A program made the position numbers and the translations under genes. A stretch of 64,000 nucleotides of DNA, from NCBI RefSeq assembly GCF_000150275.1, contig NW_002060953.1:2181670-2245669 (forward strand), read 5' to 3'. The notes below the pieces were generated by a model. It ran no database searches, was not told where the DNA came from, and saw only the letters and a program-made list of their open reading frames with translations. Source of the DNA: Trichoplax adhaerens (Eukaryota; Animalia; Placozoa). Below, one piece after another: positions 39,701-53,246 of the stretch (position 1 is the stretch's first letter; the number at the start of each line of letters is the position of its first letter).

Positions 39701-40630
39701 ATTTTATATGTTCAGTATATAGCTACTAATGAATTGAGTAAATCAGAAGCCGCTTTTATTAAGGCCATTTCACAAACAGAGCATCATAAACTAGCTTGGA
39801 ATAATTTGGTTCTAATGCTATTCAACACCGGTAACGTGTAGATTTGGATTTTATAAAGTCAAAAAATATTCCTTCGGCATTATTAGCATATTATAATTCG
39901 CTATCAGTCAGCCCTGATACTACGGCACTAAGTATCGAAATATATTATCCGTAATCCATTCAAATCATTTGTTTACAGGCAATTTGGAAAGAGCTGAAAG
40001 ATATGCCAGAAGAGGAATCCAAGAAAATGCAAACTTTTCAGAAATGCACCATTTACTAGGCAATGTTTTAGGCAAGCAAAAGAAATACAAGGTAAGAGAA
40101 GGTATAATCGCTCCAAGTTAAAGTTAAGCCTGTAGATATTGATAATACATTTCTACTTACTACGATAGGAGGCAATCCATCATTTCGAACTGGCCATGTT
40201 GAGTCATCCTGATGATCCCGCATTATACGCTAATTTAGGTAAACATTATTTAGATGTAGTTATTGCAAGATTAAGAACCAAACAAACGTATAAATAATCT
40301 ATAGCAAAATATATAAAATGGTGTTTGCTAAAACCTATGATTTAATTCGGTGCATACTTATGGTAAAAAATGGAAATAAATCTGTTAAAATGATGCTACT
40401 AGCTTTCAATCCATTATGCAAAGTAATATTTTATGATTATTAACATGACATAGCATGAAGCTTAATTTCCACCTTACTAATATTTCCTAATAGGAGTTGT
40501 TTATCATTTAAACCAAAACCCTACGCAGGCGGAATTTTATTACAAGAAAGCACTTTCAATAGACCCAAATTTTAAAACTGCTCGTGACAATATCAGCAAA
40601 TTAAAGCGTGAAAAACCCAATGTAGGATAA
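33799..40630 (+). CDS. TMTC4: Protein O-mannosyltransferase TMTC4 (TM domain plus TPR repeats), multi-exon
   Basis: [144 protein letters not shown]; stop at 40628-40630. The start codon is tentative. Confidence 0.93.
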
Positions 40631-40736
40631 CTATAAAAGAACCATCAAAGCTATTAATGCTACAGCTATAGTTTTGTTTTTTTTATAACCTTGTAATGTA
40701 CTATTAAACTGTATTGTCTACTCTGGCCTAGGTCGG

Positions 40737-41050
40737 ATTTGATTTCAATTTAACAGAACTAAAATGAAGTTTATGAAAGCAATGATTCAATATTAAATCT
40801 CTAGTTAGCTTTGAGGAAAGTTTAGATAGTGTATGATATAATATGTTATACCTTGTTAGTCTTCTACAAGATCAACAATTTCGGCTGCATTTATTGATTT
40901 GATTTCGAGTAAGCAGGACTAAAGTGAAATGTATGAAAGCAGTGATGCTAAATCTGTATCAAGTTTTGAAGAATGATTAGATAGTGTACGATAAGCTATA
41001 TTATATCTTAGTCTCCCACAAAATCAACTGTTTCGGCTGCGTTTATTAAT
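40737..41050. repeat. Diverged ~160-bp tandem duplication downstream of TMTC4
   Basis: atttgatttc...tatgaaagca...ttagatagtgta...ttagtct...tttcggctgc(a/g)tttatt occurs twice. Confidence 0.8.
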
Positions 41051-43858
41051 TTATATCTAGATTTAAATTTTGCACCAATTCGACTTCGTATTTTTTTCTA
41101 TTTTATAACTCTTCTTCTGTAATGTAAAAATTTCTGCTCAAATTGTCGACTAATTGTACATTCAAATAATAATTTTAAGAGCTATAACTCTTTAAAAATT
41201 ATATTGCAATAGATATTACAACCAAATCAAAGTTAATTTCACGGTTCAATCCAATATTGGGTTGCACTTGATATTTAATAGATTAATATCATTTCTCAAT
41301 TTGACAAGAACAGTCATCGCCTTATTACGATATATGTGTATGTGTAATTATCTACTATAAATAAAATTTGACGATATTAAGATAAATCGAATACGTATTG
41401 CAGTTATATAGCGTACATTCATGCTACCTAGAACTCTTAGATTACTAAAGTATTAAATTTTCGTAGCAATCTTAGAGATTATGTAATCTCAAAATTAAAT
41501 TATTTGTACATTCTTGCATTAATAGAGAAAGCTAGTAGACATCAAATTGACCTTAACATAAATTTAGCATTAGTTGCAGAACCGTAGATGGCAATTTCAA
41601 GGCAATTATTGTTGCACACACTTTCTTAAAGTGCACGTATGCATAATACATATAGTCTTCATATATTACACTGCTGCTTATCACTCAATAAACTTTACTT
41701 CTGATTAAATTAAATATTACGTAGCATTGCTTAACTTTTTCAGCTCTCTCTGTAACTTAATCAAATAATAGCAATGACCTTCAAAGATTTTACTGATTTC
41801 CAATTTTTAACCAATTTTCTTATTCATCGTAAAAGTTAAAATTTATCAAAACTATAATCATTAAAACATTAATTATAAAAAAAACGAGCAATTTGTTCAT
41901 TTATTTTCATGCAATTTCAATTTCGATGAAATTTTAATGCTTATTCACTTTGCTAAGGTCATAAAATTTTTAGCAAGAATTTAATAAATGCTAATCACAA
42001 CATATGAAATAAAGAGTATAAAACGACTCTTCATGAAGTATTTGAAGACAGTATTTTGGAACAGATATATGGATTTAGTTTCAGTTTAGCTAGGCAGATC
42101 AAATATTTTCCTTTAGAGATTGACTTATTTTTGAAATTTTTTATTTTAGAAATAAAATATAGTCTGTAATAATAGATGCGCTCGTATTTTGCTAGAATTA
42201 TCTCAGCGATCAATATTAATAAACATTAATATTTAGTACCATACACTGTAGATGGATTTGTAAGGGAAAATCCTCTAAACTATAATGATCATATTGCTTT
42301 ACTAATTTAATATGGGAATTAGGAGTAGCTGATGATTATTGAACTTTCTTTCGGTACTTGCACAGTTTCTTAGTTTATTAGGATGAAACTTAAATTGCGA
42401 TTGAATAGCCATACCTCTAATGTACATTACGCGAAATTCAATCAGAAAATATAAGGAGAAATAGTAGTTAAATTTTTTTGATTTTGATTTACTCTTTTGT
42501 GAAGAATGAACTAGGAAATAGACATCCAGCTCGTAAGTTCTCTTTAACGCGTACACTAACGATTTTTGATGGCGACTGAAGCTAAGCGCTGTGTCTTAGC
42601 CCGTTCTATTATTCCTAATATTTTCTTGATGTTTAATAGTGGCTGAATCCAGGTGATGTGCTTTAGATAGACGGTATTCAAGTTACTGTCTTCTTCTAAA
42701 ACATAGCGGCTGAATAATGTACGGTTGATCGATTAAGTAATTTAATAAATATATTAATTGTCTCCTACAATTAAGTACTTTGTCGAATTTTACTCGAGAA
42801 TATTAAGTCGAAATACCATTGACAAAATACCTGACTTACATACTTATACTGTAGGGCATATAGGCATTAGTAAAGTACGATAACTTTTATCATTACATAT
42901 AATCAGCTGCATTATTGCAAAATGATATTTTATTTCTAATATAATCTTATAGAAGTGAACGATACTGAAATACTTTAAATAATTTCTTAAATATATGATT
43001 AACAAGGCAAAATATGCTATCAAGGGCAAGTGCTGTATCACCACTATAAAAAAAATCATTAAAAATACCAAAAATGTCAATAGATCAATATTGTAACATA
43101 TTTTACCTATTATTAGTAATTCTTATTTAATGATATTGCAAATGCACCCGAAAGTTTCTACTGTCAATAGTTACGGTAAGATAGCCTTAGTGCTATAATT
43201 TCCTGCAAAGTAATCAACATATTTCAATCTTTCAGCATCTCAATCAAGAAAACAAAATCGCTGTCCTGTTCGGTAAAGAAGTCTTGATTGTTTGCTGAAT
43301 TTAGCTAAATCTACGTATGTTATTATAAAACTAATGTTATGAAATTGAGCATGCTATCTAGTCGTTTAAGATTTTTTACTGTACCGCCGCAAAAAGAATT
43401 TCTTACGCTGAAAATGACAGTAAAAAAAGAATATCAATTTTACAGGAATTACTCTATTTTAAATTATTTTAAATTCGATACAGTAACTATACCAAGTTTA
43501 ATTATTTTATTCTAGTAAAGAAAATCCGTTAATTAGATCCTAAGAAGATAAGATGCCGGCATGTATTGAACCTACAATAAATGCATAGGGATAAAAATCA
43601 ACTGCTCATCTGGTAGAAATCAAACGAAGAAAATCATACAAACTAGGCTACAAGCTAATCAAAACAGATATTGTATTCGCATACATTTTTGGTTAAGTTT
43701 CATAGAAAACTTTTTTAGTCAGAAACAGTATTGCCGTAAGTGAAGTACTAAAGTGCTATCGCTAAATGAGCGTAAAAGCTAATTTGATGAACCTTGTTTT
43801 AATGAATAATTAGCCTTCTGATTTAATAGATTAGATACTTTACAATCAAGATCAACAG

Positions 43859-46739
43859 ATGGATCATAAGTTTAAATCTCTATTTTGGGCTGCAGTTATT
43901 TTGCATATCCTAGTTATTCAAGCTTCAAGCTTTCATGCAGCCGAAGACTGTGATAAATCTGATACAGATAACTGTACTTTGGATTGGCAAATTTCAGAAA
44001 TGCAGCAATTTTCCGATCAAATACGTCTTAATGGATACATTGTCGTCCATTTCGAAATACCTCATGATATTTCCTGGAATGATAATGTGACATATTATTG
44101 GGCAAAATCAGGCTTTGCTAATCTCGTACCTTCTGTAACATCAGCAGAAGCGGTTATTATGTCTGGTGGCTTATTACTATTATTCCATGGTACATTCCAT
44201 ATTAACATCAGCATTCCTTCTCATAGCTGCTGCCATACTCTCCCAGATAATTGCAAAGGCCAAGCTATAACTAGATCCTTGCTCAAGCTTGCTGATATGC
44301 ACGATAAGGAATCTTATGTATGCTCTTGCCCAGTTTCACGAAGAGGTCATCAAGCTATTACTGGAAATTGCCGATGCTGCAAAGCTTCCACCGACAGCGA
44401 CCAATTGATGTGTACATTGATTCCACGGATAGGACAACATTCGACAACCAAGGCTTATACTTGGCTGACCTTTATCTTAAGTTTTGCATCAGCTTTCCAT
44501 TTGATTCGAAAGTTGATTCTGGAAATTCACGATGATTTAGACTTTCGAATAGATCCCAAGTAAATATTAATATTAATCAACTTTTGTTACTGGGCTTGCA
44601 TATGCAAGATTGCTCTCGGCACTTTCGAATTTAACACTAAATACGAATATCCCAAATTCTATATCAGAAATCTAGAAATGTTAACTGTTAGCCAAGGCTC
44701 TGAGAATTAAAATCACAATTTGAACTAGCTTATTTGCATAATTATGCTTCTTATAAGATCAATTAGCAGTCTTATTTTCAGATAATTTCTAGTACTAAGT
44801 GCACGAAATGTGCATTCCACGGTCTTTCAACAGAAAATCCAGAAATACACATATCTCAATAAATTTACAAAAAATTAAAATGACGCAATAAAATTTAATA
44901 GTGAAAATTCAGTAATACTGACAATCATGTAAATTTATAAGAATAAGATTGTGCAATTAGTTTAATTAATTGATGATTGAATAGAGTAATGATCATTTTA
45001 TTTTTGGTTCTAGGTCAAAAGTGAAAAAATCTTCGTTAATCTTACTGACTATTCGTCAAGCAACAAAAATCTTTATTCAGGAAATTAAGAACAACATTAA
45101 ACAATTACTTGAAAGCCATCCAGGAATAATCTATCTTATACCTTTTATAATTGTCATGTTTTCCTTTCCTGCGGCTTTATTGCAATATCTCTGCTATGAT
45201 CTTTCTATTCAAGAGTTTGACAAGGACTTTCGAGAAAATTACATTACATTCATTATCATTACTGTTGCCTTTGTAGCCGGCTACTATGTGCTCATGATGT
45301 TATTGGTAGGACGTATAAAATATAAAACATTAAGTTTCCTTATGGCCTCATTTAATTCAGTCTTTTCTTCAAAAAGAAATCTTAATGTTAAGAAATATAT
45401 CGAAGCAAAAGAGCATATGCTTTGGAAATTTATATCTGGACAATTACAGTTAAGCCAGAAAATGCTAGATCTCTTAGCTTGGATACCAAGATTAATACTA
45501 GTGCCATTAGCGCATCTCCTAGCCAATTTTACTCCTTTTACTTATATTCTATCATTAAGGCAAAAGTTTTCTGAAGTTATTACTTCCACTTATAAGAATG
45601 ATGTCCTGAAGCAAGCTGTTTCCAAAGCTGGACACCGTTTTATTATCTTTCTATTTATAAATTTAATTTTCTTGGCTCCATTTCTACAATTTGCAGTACG
45701 TTTTTCGTTGACTGTTGGAACAATCTTAGCGTCGCAAGGAAGTTATTTCTTGTCCCTATTAGCACCTTTTATACCATTTTTGTTAATTCTACGTAAAGAA
45801 GCGAAGAAAGCGTATAAAGCATCTGTGTTGAAGTATAATCTAATCAAAAAATGTTATCAACACCTTCAGGAGCTACTCAAGAAAGACAACTTCTATAGAT
45901 GCTTAACTTTACAGTTTAAACAAGCGAAATCACTTAAGCAAAAAGATCTTGATAAATTTATCGAGATAGAGCAATCAGAGATAGACAACACAATAAAACC
46001 TTACTTAGAAAAGCTTTATAGCGAAAATAGAGAGAAGCCAGAAAATTTAGATAACAGCGACCTAGTTCAGATTTCCAAGCTCTGTATTTATCCATTCCTT
46101 TACATCGATGATCAAAAAATAGAGCAAAAGAATAAGACAGAATCAGATTGTAAATATGGTTTACATTTTATTGCTGTAATCAGCGGAGAAGAGGCGACTG
46201 CTAACAGTAATGACAAAATTATCAAACTTGATTCAATCTTTGATCGTATGGAGACTTCCACACAAGAAATTATCACCCATTCGTTATTAACGAAAGTCTT
46301 TGCAGGGTATGGCGGAGGTATTATGGCTATCACAAAGGACAGCTATCATGACATCGAAAAACTTTTTGGTGGAGAGTATCATCACCTATTGCAGTTTATT
46401 ATACAGCATTTACATATGATTGCTATTTCCCTCATTCATCTATTAGGCCTGTACTTGTATCATAAGGAAGCTGGCCAAAATCCTAGTCTAAGCTCAACTC
46501 TGTCTGTTTTACTAACTTCTCATACATTTATGCAAGGTGCTAAAGCATCGATTCAAGACGGTAAAACCTTGCTACATTCAGATGACATGTGCCAACAAAT
46601 TGAACACGAAATCATAAAATATATCTTTCACTTAGCTGAGAAAGTGGAGTCTTTATCTAGTAAGAAAGCATTAGAAACTACCACCCCAACAAGCCGGAAC
46701 AAACAATGTCATGACGATCAAGCCGCAAATAATGCTTAG
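43859..46739 (+). CDS. Uncharacterised multi-pass membrane protein with signal peptide and Cys-rich ectodomain (two exons, ~808 aa)
   Basis: Exon 43859-44559 (donor gtaaat, phase 2) splices in frame to 45014-46739 (acceptor ttttggttctag), joining the 234-aa and 572-aa ORFs as IDPK-SKVKK. Several hydrophobic segments; no family recognised. Confidence 0.75.
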
Positions 46740-48686
46740 TTTATATCATTAAATAGACTACTTTATACTAAAGTGATACAATAAATCTAGTAAACCTTAA
46801 GGATATATAATATATCTTATTAGTTGATTAATACATCTCTAAATAAAGATAACAAGCAATGATATTAATGTACGATCCAAGTAAAAATTATCTGAATGCA
46901 GGGAAGACAAACTCATACTTTCTTCTTATTAGCAAATAAAAATTTCAAGAAGGGAAATGAATTGAAACTGATTTTAATCAATTATTGTGAATAACGAAAT
47001 ATAAGTTTTCTTAATCACTCTAAACTGAAAATAATAGTCAAATATAAATGTAGCGCCATTAATCCTTGGAGTAGTTCAGAATTAGAGCATTGATGAAGAA
47101 AGATTTATCTAATAACTCTATCTGATTCATATCAAACGATTAGTAATTTTCGACTCGAGTTTACTGCAACTTAATTAGTAAATAAAGTTAGATAAATTAC
47201 ATGCTATTAAGATAGTAAAATACTGTTCTATCGATAGCTCATTTTATTTATGAGCCCGGTATGTGAGACAACTTCTATTCTCTTTCGAAATAGTACTTCT
47301 TTATTTTCACTTAAATTAGAAAAGAAAATAATGCTCTTTGGTTAAAATAAACCTCACTATATGCTACGTTAACTATCCAGGTAAAGAGGAACTCCTTACC
47401 GGTAAAAATCAATAAATAAATAGCCTACGCTCATACTTGTTACTTGTAGATGATGTACACAGCATTACATGAGAATGCGTTGATAATATTTTAGTGATCG
47501 CAGTATATATTGTATTAATTCTTTTAAGATTGTTTCATCACGGAATAAATTTAATAGATAAAATAAATATTACTGAAATAGCTAATAGTATCTAATTTCT
47601 TATATAAAGAATATAAGTACAGCTTTTTACTATTAATTTAAATCTGCACATTAGAATTACAGTCCCCGATCTTTTATGCATCATAATGCAAGGCGGATCA
47701 TGTGCAATCCATTAGTCAATTAAGTATAGTCCAAATAGGTTAACAATAATTATTCTAAGGCGTAGAAAGACCTATGATTGCAATTATTCTTCGAAAATAT
47801 AAATAATTATGAAATGTAGTTGTAATGCTGACGAGTTTAGTAAAAAGACTGCGTTTGTCTTTTGTAGTTAACGATTCTGTTTATTGCGATGGCACTGCGA
47901 CACGAAACGTTGGCAACAAATACTGCCCTTTGTACACGATTACACAGAGATATATTCTACATAACGCAGTGGTAATTATCGGGGCCTACGATAGAGTAAA
48001 ACTTGTTTAGAACTAGTCGCTTATCTAATGACGATAAAATACGTGTACTATTACAATAAACTAGCATTAATGTCGCGCCGATATACTCAGTGTACATCTA
48101 CAGTAGTCATATAAATAGTATTATAATCGAGTTTGTAGTCACTTTATTAAATCATCGATTTTATATAATAATGTTTTATATCATCCTGCTAGGAAACTAG
48201 CTACTGTATTAAAGGACTAAAAGCAAAGTCCTTCATAGCTTTTAGTATGTAACTATTTTAATTTAATATACAAAATACCTAGAAAGTCATAGTATCTTTT
48301 AGTTTTACCCTGCCAAATCTATATGTCGCCATCTTTTCTTCTTCATTGATTTACTAACTATTATATAGATTACTATAGGAATAACTTAAGAGCAATCACC
48401 TAATCTAAAGAAAGGGCGTTTCATAGTATACTAAGATTGTAGATAAATATGACTTAGCAACAAAACCCTATCCATAGAGAAAGGGATTTATAACGTGACA
48501 GTAAAGTAATGTAATGTTGGCTATAATCGTACAGTTACCGTACAACTTCTCGCTAAAACATCAACCGTTAATGCTAAAGTTAAAATAGTAGTCATAGTTG
48601 TCATATAAAATGTTTTGATAAGCGATTGCTGCGATCTTTACAAAATTCGAATTTTGGGGATTCGGATTCCAGATCCGGTCGGATTT

Positions 48687-50475
48687 ATTTTCCATATAAT
48701 TTCAATTAATTTTAATTTTTGAAAAAAGTTATAAGAGTAGGCTTTAGTTGAGAAAATAGAAAATAAGATGGCAAATGGCAGAGGTAGTGTTGATTGTTAA
48801 GTAGTTAGACTGTTATTGCTATGACTAAATCTTTAGGTTTAAAAGTTAATTTATAATTTTATAACTGGATATAATGGATATAATGATAACTGGATTTATA
48901 ACTGGATAGGATTCCTTTTCTTCCTCTATCCATCAAAGCAAAAGAGCCTGAGGCCTAGTGTAGTGTATTTAGAATATACTGTAACTATATTTTACTCTTA
49001 AATATAGACATGTTGTATTGCTCTTATATTTAGACAGACCTACAGTCCGCTTACTCTACATTCATATATAGACTACTGTTTTTAGTTATTACGGTACTCG
49101 CTGTTTTCTACAATCATCTGCTATTTTGTAACCTGTTATGGTATATGTTGTATCTAATTCCACAATCCTATTCTCTGCATGTGCTCTATCTTTAAAACTA
49201 TAAATACTGGCGATTTCTACCTCAGAGTTCATTAGCCTCTCAGTTAGTCTTCTAGTTAGTCTCTCACAGTCCAATACTTCTACTCGTTACTCACGACAGC
49301 TTGCACGCTGCTCTACCGTAACTACCTCACTGTACTTCACATTACTAACCTACAATAAAGCATAACTTTTATAAACCCTTTGTTTTAATAATTGTAAATG
49401 GCGACTAAATCTCAATCCTCTGAGATATCGAACCCTCCATCACACCTAGTAAAATAAGCCAAAGTCGTATTTCCTTATTGGTAGCTAATAAAAAGTTGAC
49501 GAAAGCAATTCATTGAAACTGATTTTTATAATTCGTTGTGAATAAAGTTATAGATCTGTTCTAAATAATAGAAGGTGGTTTAGTCATTAGCTGTGACTTT
49601 TAAAATTAAAGCTGGTCGTGTTCCATGCATATGGCGAAAAGCTTCCTTAGATTAGTCAGATATTTTTACGATATTAAATAATTTATGAGCCGCTAAGATA
49701 CAGTACCGTAAATACTTGTACTTGAAGTTTTGCATTTGGGCAGCATCTATTATAATTATCAACTGTCATTATTACTATGGCGTTGTTATGTGAGCACAGC
49801 GTAAAACCACTCATTAGTTAATTATCTGCATAAAATAATGTATAACAACTTTATTCTATATATCTATAACAATTTAAATTAATCCGTCCCTAATATTTTT
49901 ATACTGAGGTAATCTTATTGCAATTTCAAGATGCCAGTATTTTATGTATGATTGCTGTTCCCCTTATTCTTCTGTTAGGATTGCACTTGTATCCTAAGGA
50001 AGCTGGTCAAAATCTAAATTTAGCTCAACTCTGTCTGTTTTACTTATTTCTCACTTCTCATACATTTATGGAAGGTGCTATAAGGTCGATTCAAGACTAG
50101 AAAACTTTACCATATTGCGATAATTTGCGCCAATCAATCAAATATACAATCATGAAATATACCTTTAGTTTTAACAGCGAAAACGGAAGCTTCACCGAGT
50201 AGGAAAGAATCAGAAACTACCTATCTAGCTGGCGCTAGCAAACAATCACACCGTGATCAAACAGAAAATAATGCTTAGTCCAGTGAAGTAAAATACTGTA
50301 CAGAACATTGCAATATTGAATGACGAATGGCGACTTATGCAAAAATTCTATAAATCGGATAAATCTTAATGGCTAATCAGTCTACTTAGTCAAGATTTTT
50401 GAAGTTGAAAATTATAAGTAATGATATTGACCTAAGATCTACAACAAAACATGTCAGCGTCATTTCCCTATGACA
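48687..50475 (+). repeat. Segment near-identical to 62212-64000
   Basis: Colinear at an offset of ~13525 with only about three differences seen by eye. Confidence 0.95.
49914..50279 (+). pseudogene. Truncated, frameshifted copy of the 3' end of the 808-aa membrane protein gene
   Basis: MIAVPLILLLGLHLYPKEAGQN...LTSHTFMEGAIRSIQD* versus MIAISLIHLLGLYLYHKEAGQN...LTSHTFMQGAKASIQDG; both end aataatgcttagt (homologous to ~46385-46740). Confidence 0.85.
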
Positions 50476-51662
50476 TATCCAGAAATCCCGCTTATATCTT
50501 CCATATATTTTTCCAAACATATCTACCAGTTCTTATGGCAAGTTTGCTTGGACAAGTATAATGGAGGCTTATAAGAGCCGTTTGATCATTCAAGGACGTT
50601 TTTGGATATGTCGAGAGTAATATTTAGATTTAGCGTACGTATATACACGTAATACGTAGTGTGCAAAGCATAGTATATATGCAAGGTATTGCTCGGCATT
50701 TTTTCTCAGTTTGGTAAAATAATTAAAATAGAATAGTTGCTGTTTCTGTAGCCATGTAACATGCAAGCGCAGCCGAATCAGTATTGACAGTGCGGTACTA
50801 TAAACTGTCTTTTTCCTTCAGTTTACAACTACTTTATTAACGCATTACAAGTAATAGATCATACATTCACGTAATAGAAGTTAGGATTGCTAGTACAAAC
50901 TCACGTCGCTTTGCTGACGGTTTACGATAGTGTGCCCATTTGTTAATAATTAACAGATAGTATTACCATTCGACATTATATATATCCCGGTAATAACCAG
51001 GTACTACTATAATCACAGCTATGCTTCTAGAATACTACTTTTTAATAATGCATTCACGGATGAAATGCTTTGAAATGCTACATTAAGGTTAGTTAATGGT
51101 ACAAAGCACACTATGATAACTAATGTACGGTGATGGGCATACCAAGCTAAGATTAGCAGGTACTGTAAGATATCGACAGTGCGGTACAATGTCCTTAGTA
51201 CTATAGTCAATTCTATACCGATCATTATAATATGTCTAAGTATCGCTAGCGTATGCAAGCAAAGCTTGCTCTGTCGATAAAAACCGTTATAAGAAAATGT
51301 AACAATCATAATGGCTGTGTAGAAAACTCTATAAAGATTAGATGTTTATTCAATTTTCATCAGAGTATTACATCAAATCAAAATTGAAAGGCCTAGTGGC
51401 CACCCTTAGCGATATCACGAATATTATTTTAAAAATCAGTACCCTACAGAAATTACTACCTTAGAGGTATTCGTTTTACATGAAGAAATCTTGAGGTAAA
51501 AAGTACTGTAAGAATCTTATACGGACCTATTGAAATTAACCTATAATCGTTGAGAAATAAGTAGGTACTAATGCAATAGTATGTGAAATAAAAGCATTCA
51601 GCTACTACTGTACTTATCAAACTATCTTAATGACAACGCAAAACCGTGACACAGCCATGTTT

Positions 51663-53246
51663 TCAGATGGTAAAATTGAATAAATCATTGTATCGATCTC
51701 GAAGATTTCTGTCCATATCATTACGTACAAATTTTTTGGCAAAATCTAGTATTTTATCAATGCTATCAATTCTACACAAGGTTTCATCCAACTGAAAGCA
51801 ATCCTGAGTTTCAAAAGCTGGAGGATCCACCTTACTGTACGAACCTTGGCCTCTAGTAATCTCGTTAGAAAATATCAGGCTCGGTAGTCTGTAGCCACAT
51901 AGCTTTGTAGTTTCATCTTGATGGTAATCGATTAATCTTCCTAGAATTTTACCCACAATTCGTCTGACGGAAGAATCCTTTGAAGATGGAAAATAATAAG
52001 CCCCATTTTCGTTGTCCTTAACATAAACTCGATGAAGCAAATTGATAGTGTTGACGTTTCTATGATTCTTCTTCACTGGAAGGCATATATCTACGACATG
52101 GCCATGTACCCATTTTCGTATTTTCTTTACGTTAGGATTATGACAAAAGAACCCTTCCATGAAGTACTCTAATGATTTTTTGAATGTTTCAGGATTATCT
52201 GCATCATGCTCAAGATCAATCAGCAGTTTTGCTTGTGCTGCATAATCAGTCTCTTTTTTACGCGAAATCGCATCTTTAAGTCGGCTAATTAAGCCGAAGC
52301 GTCCCTGACGCTTATGGAGGTATCTGAATATACTTTCTACAATATCTCGTACGAAAGTCTTCATATAATAATAACATTTGGAGTCTTTGATTATTGATAT
52401 TTGCTGCTGCCGACAACGGCAAATATCGATAGCAATAGCAGCAAAGAAAATAGCTAATTGATCATGTTCGAGGTTATTTGGTATTAGCTTCTTTGATGTG
52501 TCAATAATTTTAGATGCTTTCCGACGCGAATAAAACTTAAGCATTAAATTATCCGCTAGATTTATCGAACGTTCCGGGTTACACTTCCTTACGCATTGAA
52601 ATAAAGTGTTAAAAAGCTCTGATATTGAGATCTTGTTATCTGTCATGTTTCCTTCTCTTATCAGGATTTTAACATATTTTTCCAATTTACGATAAAATTG
52701 GTCCAGGAACATGTTTAAAATCTGTTTGAACTTACTACTAAGTAATGAATGATTAATTGAAGGATTAGAGAAGATATTTTCTCTACATTCTTCATCTTCG
52801 GAATTGCTGTCATTTGCAAGATTGAAGTCGTTATTTGCAGTATTATCACCTGTAACTTCTTCCGTATGGATGCTATTGGGTGGAGTCAGATATTCCGACT
52901 TACTACTAGTGCTGCTACAAGCAGAAGTAGAACGGCGTTTATAAATTTTCTTAGCTTTATCAACGAAACCTTCTTGGATAGAATGTTCCATTGTATTATT
53001 GCTATCTGAAATGCTATCGTCATATTCTTGGGTAGTATCTTCAAAAGCAATATCATCTTTTGCAGGGCTACCATAATTATAGTCCATACTTATATTGGTA
53101 TTTTCATTGGAAAGATTTTCTGCGCGATTTCTGTCACATGTCAGATTCAAACGATCGCGTTCATCAGCAAAATCAGCACTGATACCGCTATCGTCTATTG
53201 ACGGCAAATCTTTTATAGCTTGATGGTGGTCGTTTTCAACTAACAT
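51663..53246 (-). CDS. Uncharacterised 527-aa protein (acidic/Ser/Asn-rich N-terminus, helical-looking C-terminal domain)
   Basis: Uninterrupted 1.58-kb ORF in AT-rich DNA. The frame stays open upstream to a possible acceptor at 53334, so the true start may lie upstream. Confidence 0.75.
   Translation of the reverse strand: MLVENDHHQAIKDLPSIDDSGISADFADERDRLNLTCDRNRAENLSNENTNISMDYNYGSPAKDDIAFEDTTQEYDDSISDSNNTMEHSIQEGFVDKAKKIYKRRSTSACSSTSSKSEYLTPPNSIHTEEVTGDNTANNDFNLANDSNSEDEECRENIFSNPSINHSLLSSKFKQILNMFLDQFYRKLEKYVKILIREGNMTDNKISISELFNTLFQCVRKCNPERSINLADNLMLKFYSRRKASKIIDTSKKLIPNNLEHDQLAIFFAAIAIDICRCRQQQISIIKDSKCYYYMKTFVRDIVESIFRYLHKRQGRFGLISRLKDAISRKKETDYAAQAKLLIDLEHDADNPETFKKSLEYFMEGFFCHNPNVKKIRKWVHGHVVDICLPVKKNHRNVNTINLLHRVYVKDNENGAYYFPSSKDSSVRRIVGKILGRLIDYHQDETTKLCGYRLPSLIFSNEITRGQGSYSKVDPPAFETQDCFQLDETLCRIDSIDKILDFAKKFVRNDMDRNLRDRYNDLFNFTI

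Noticed and set aside
45284-46333. Antisense ORFs within the membrane-protein gene
   Set aside because: Short shadow ORFs of a long coding exon.
48640-49400. Possible DNA-transposon relic (ggattccagatccggtcgg end, 61-aa ORF at 49089-49274)
   Set aside because: No matching TIR or TSD and no transposase motifs could be identified.
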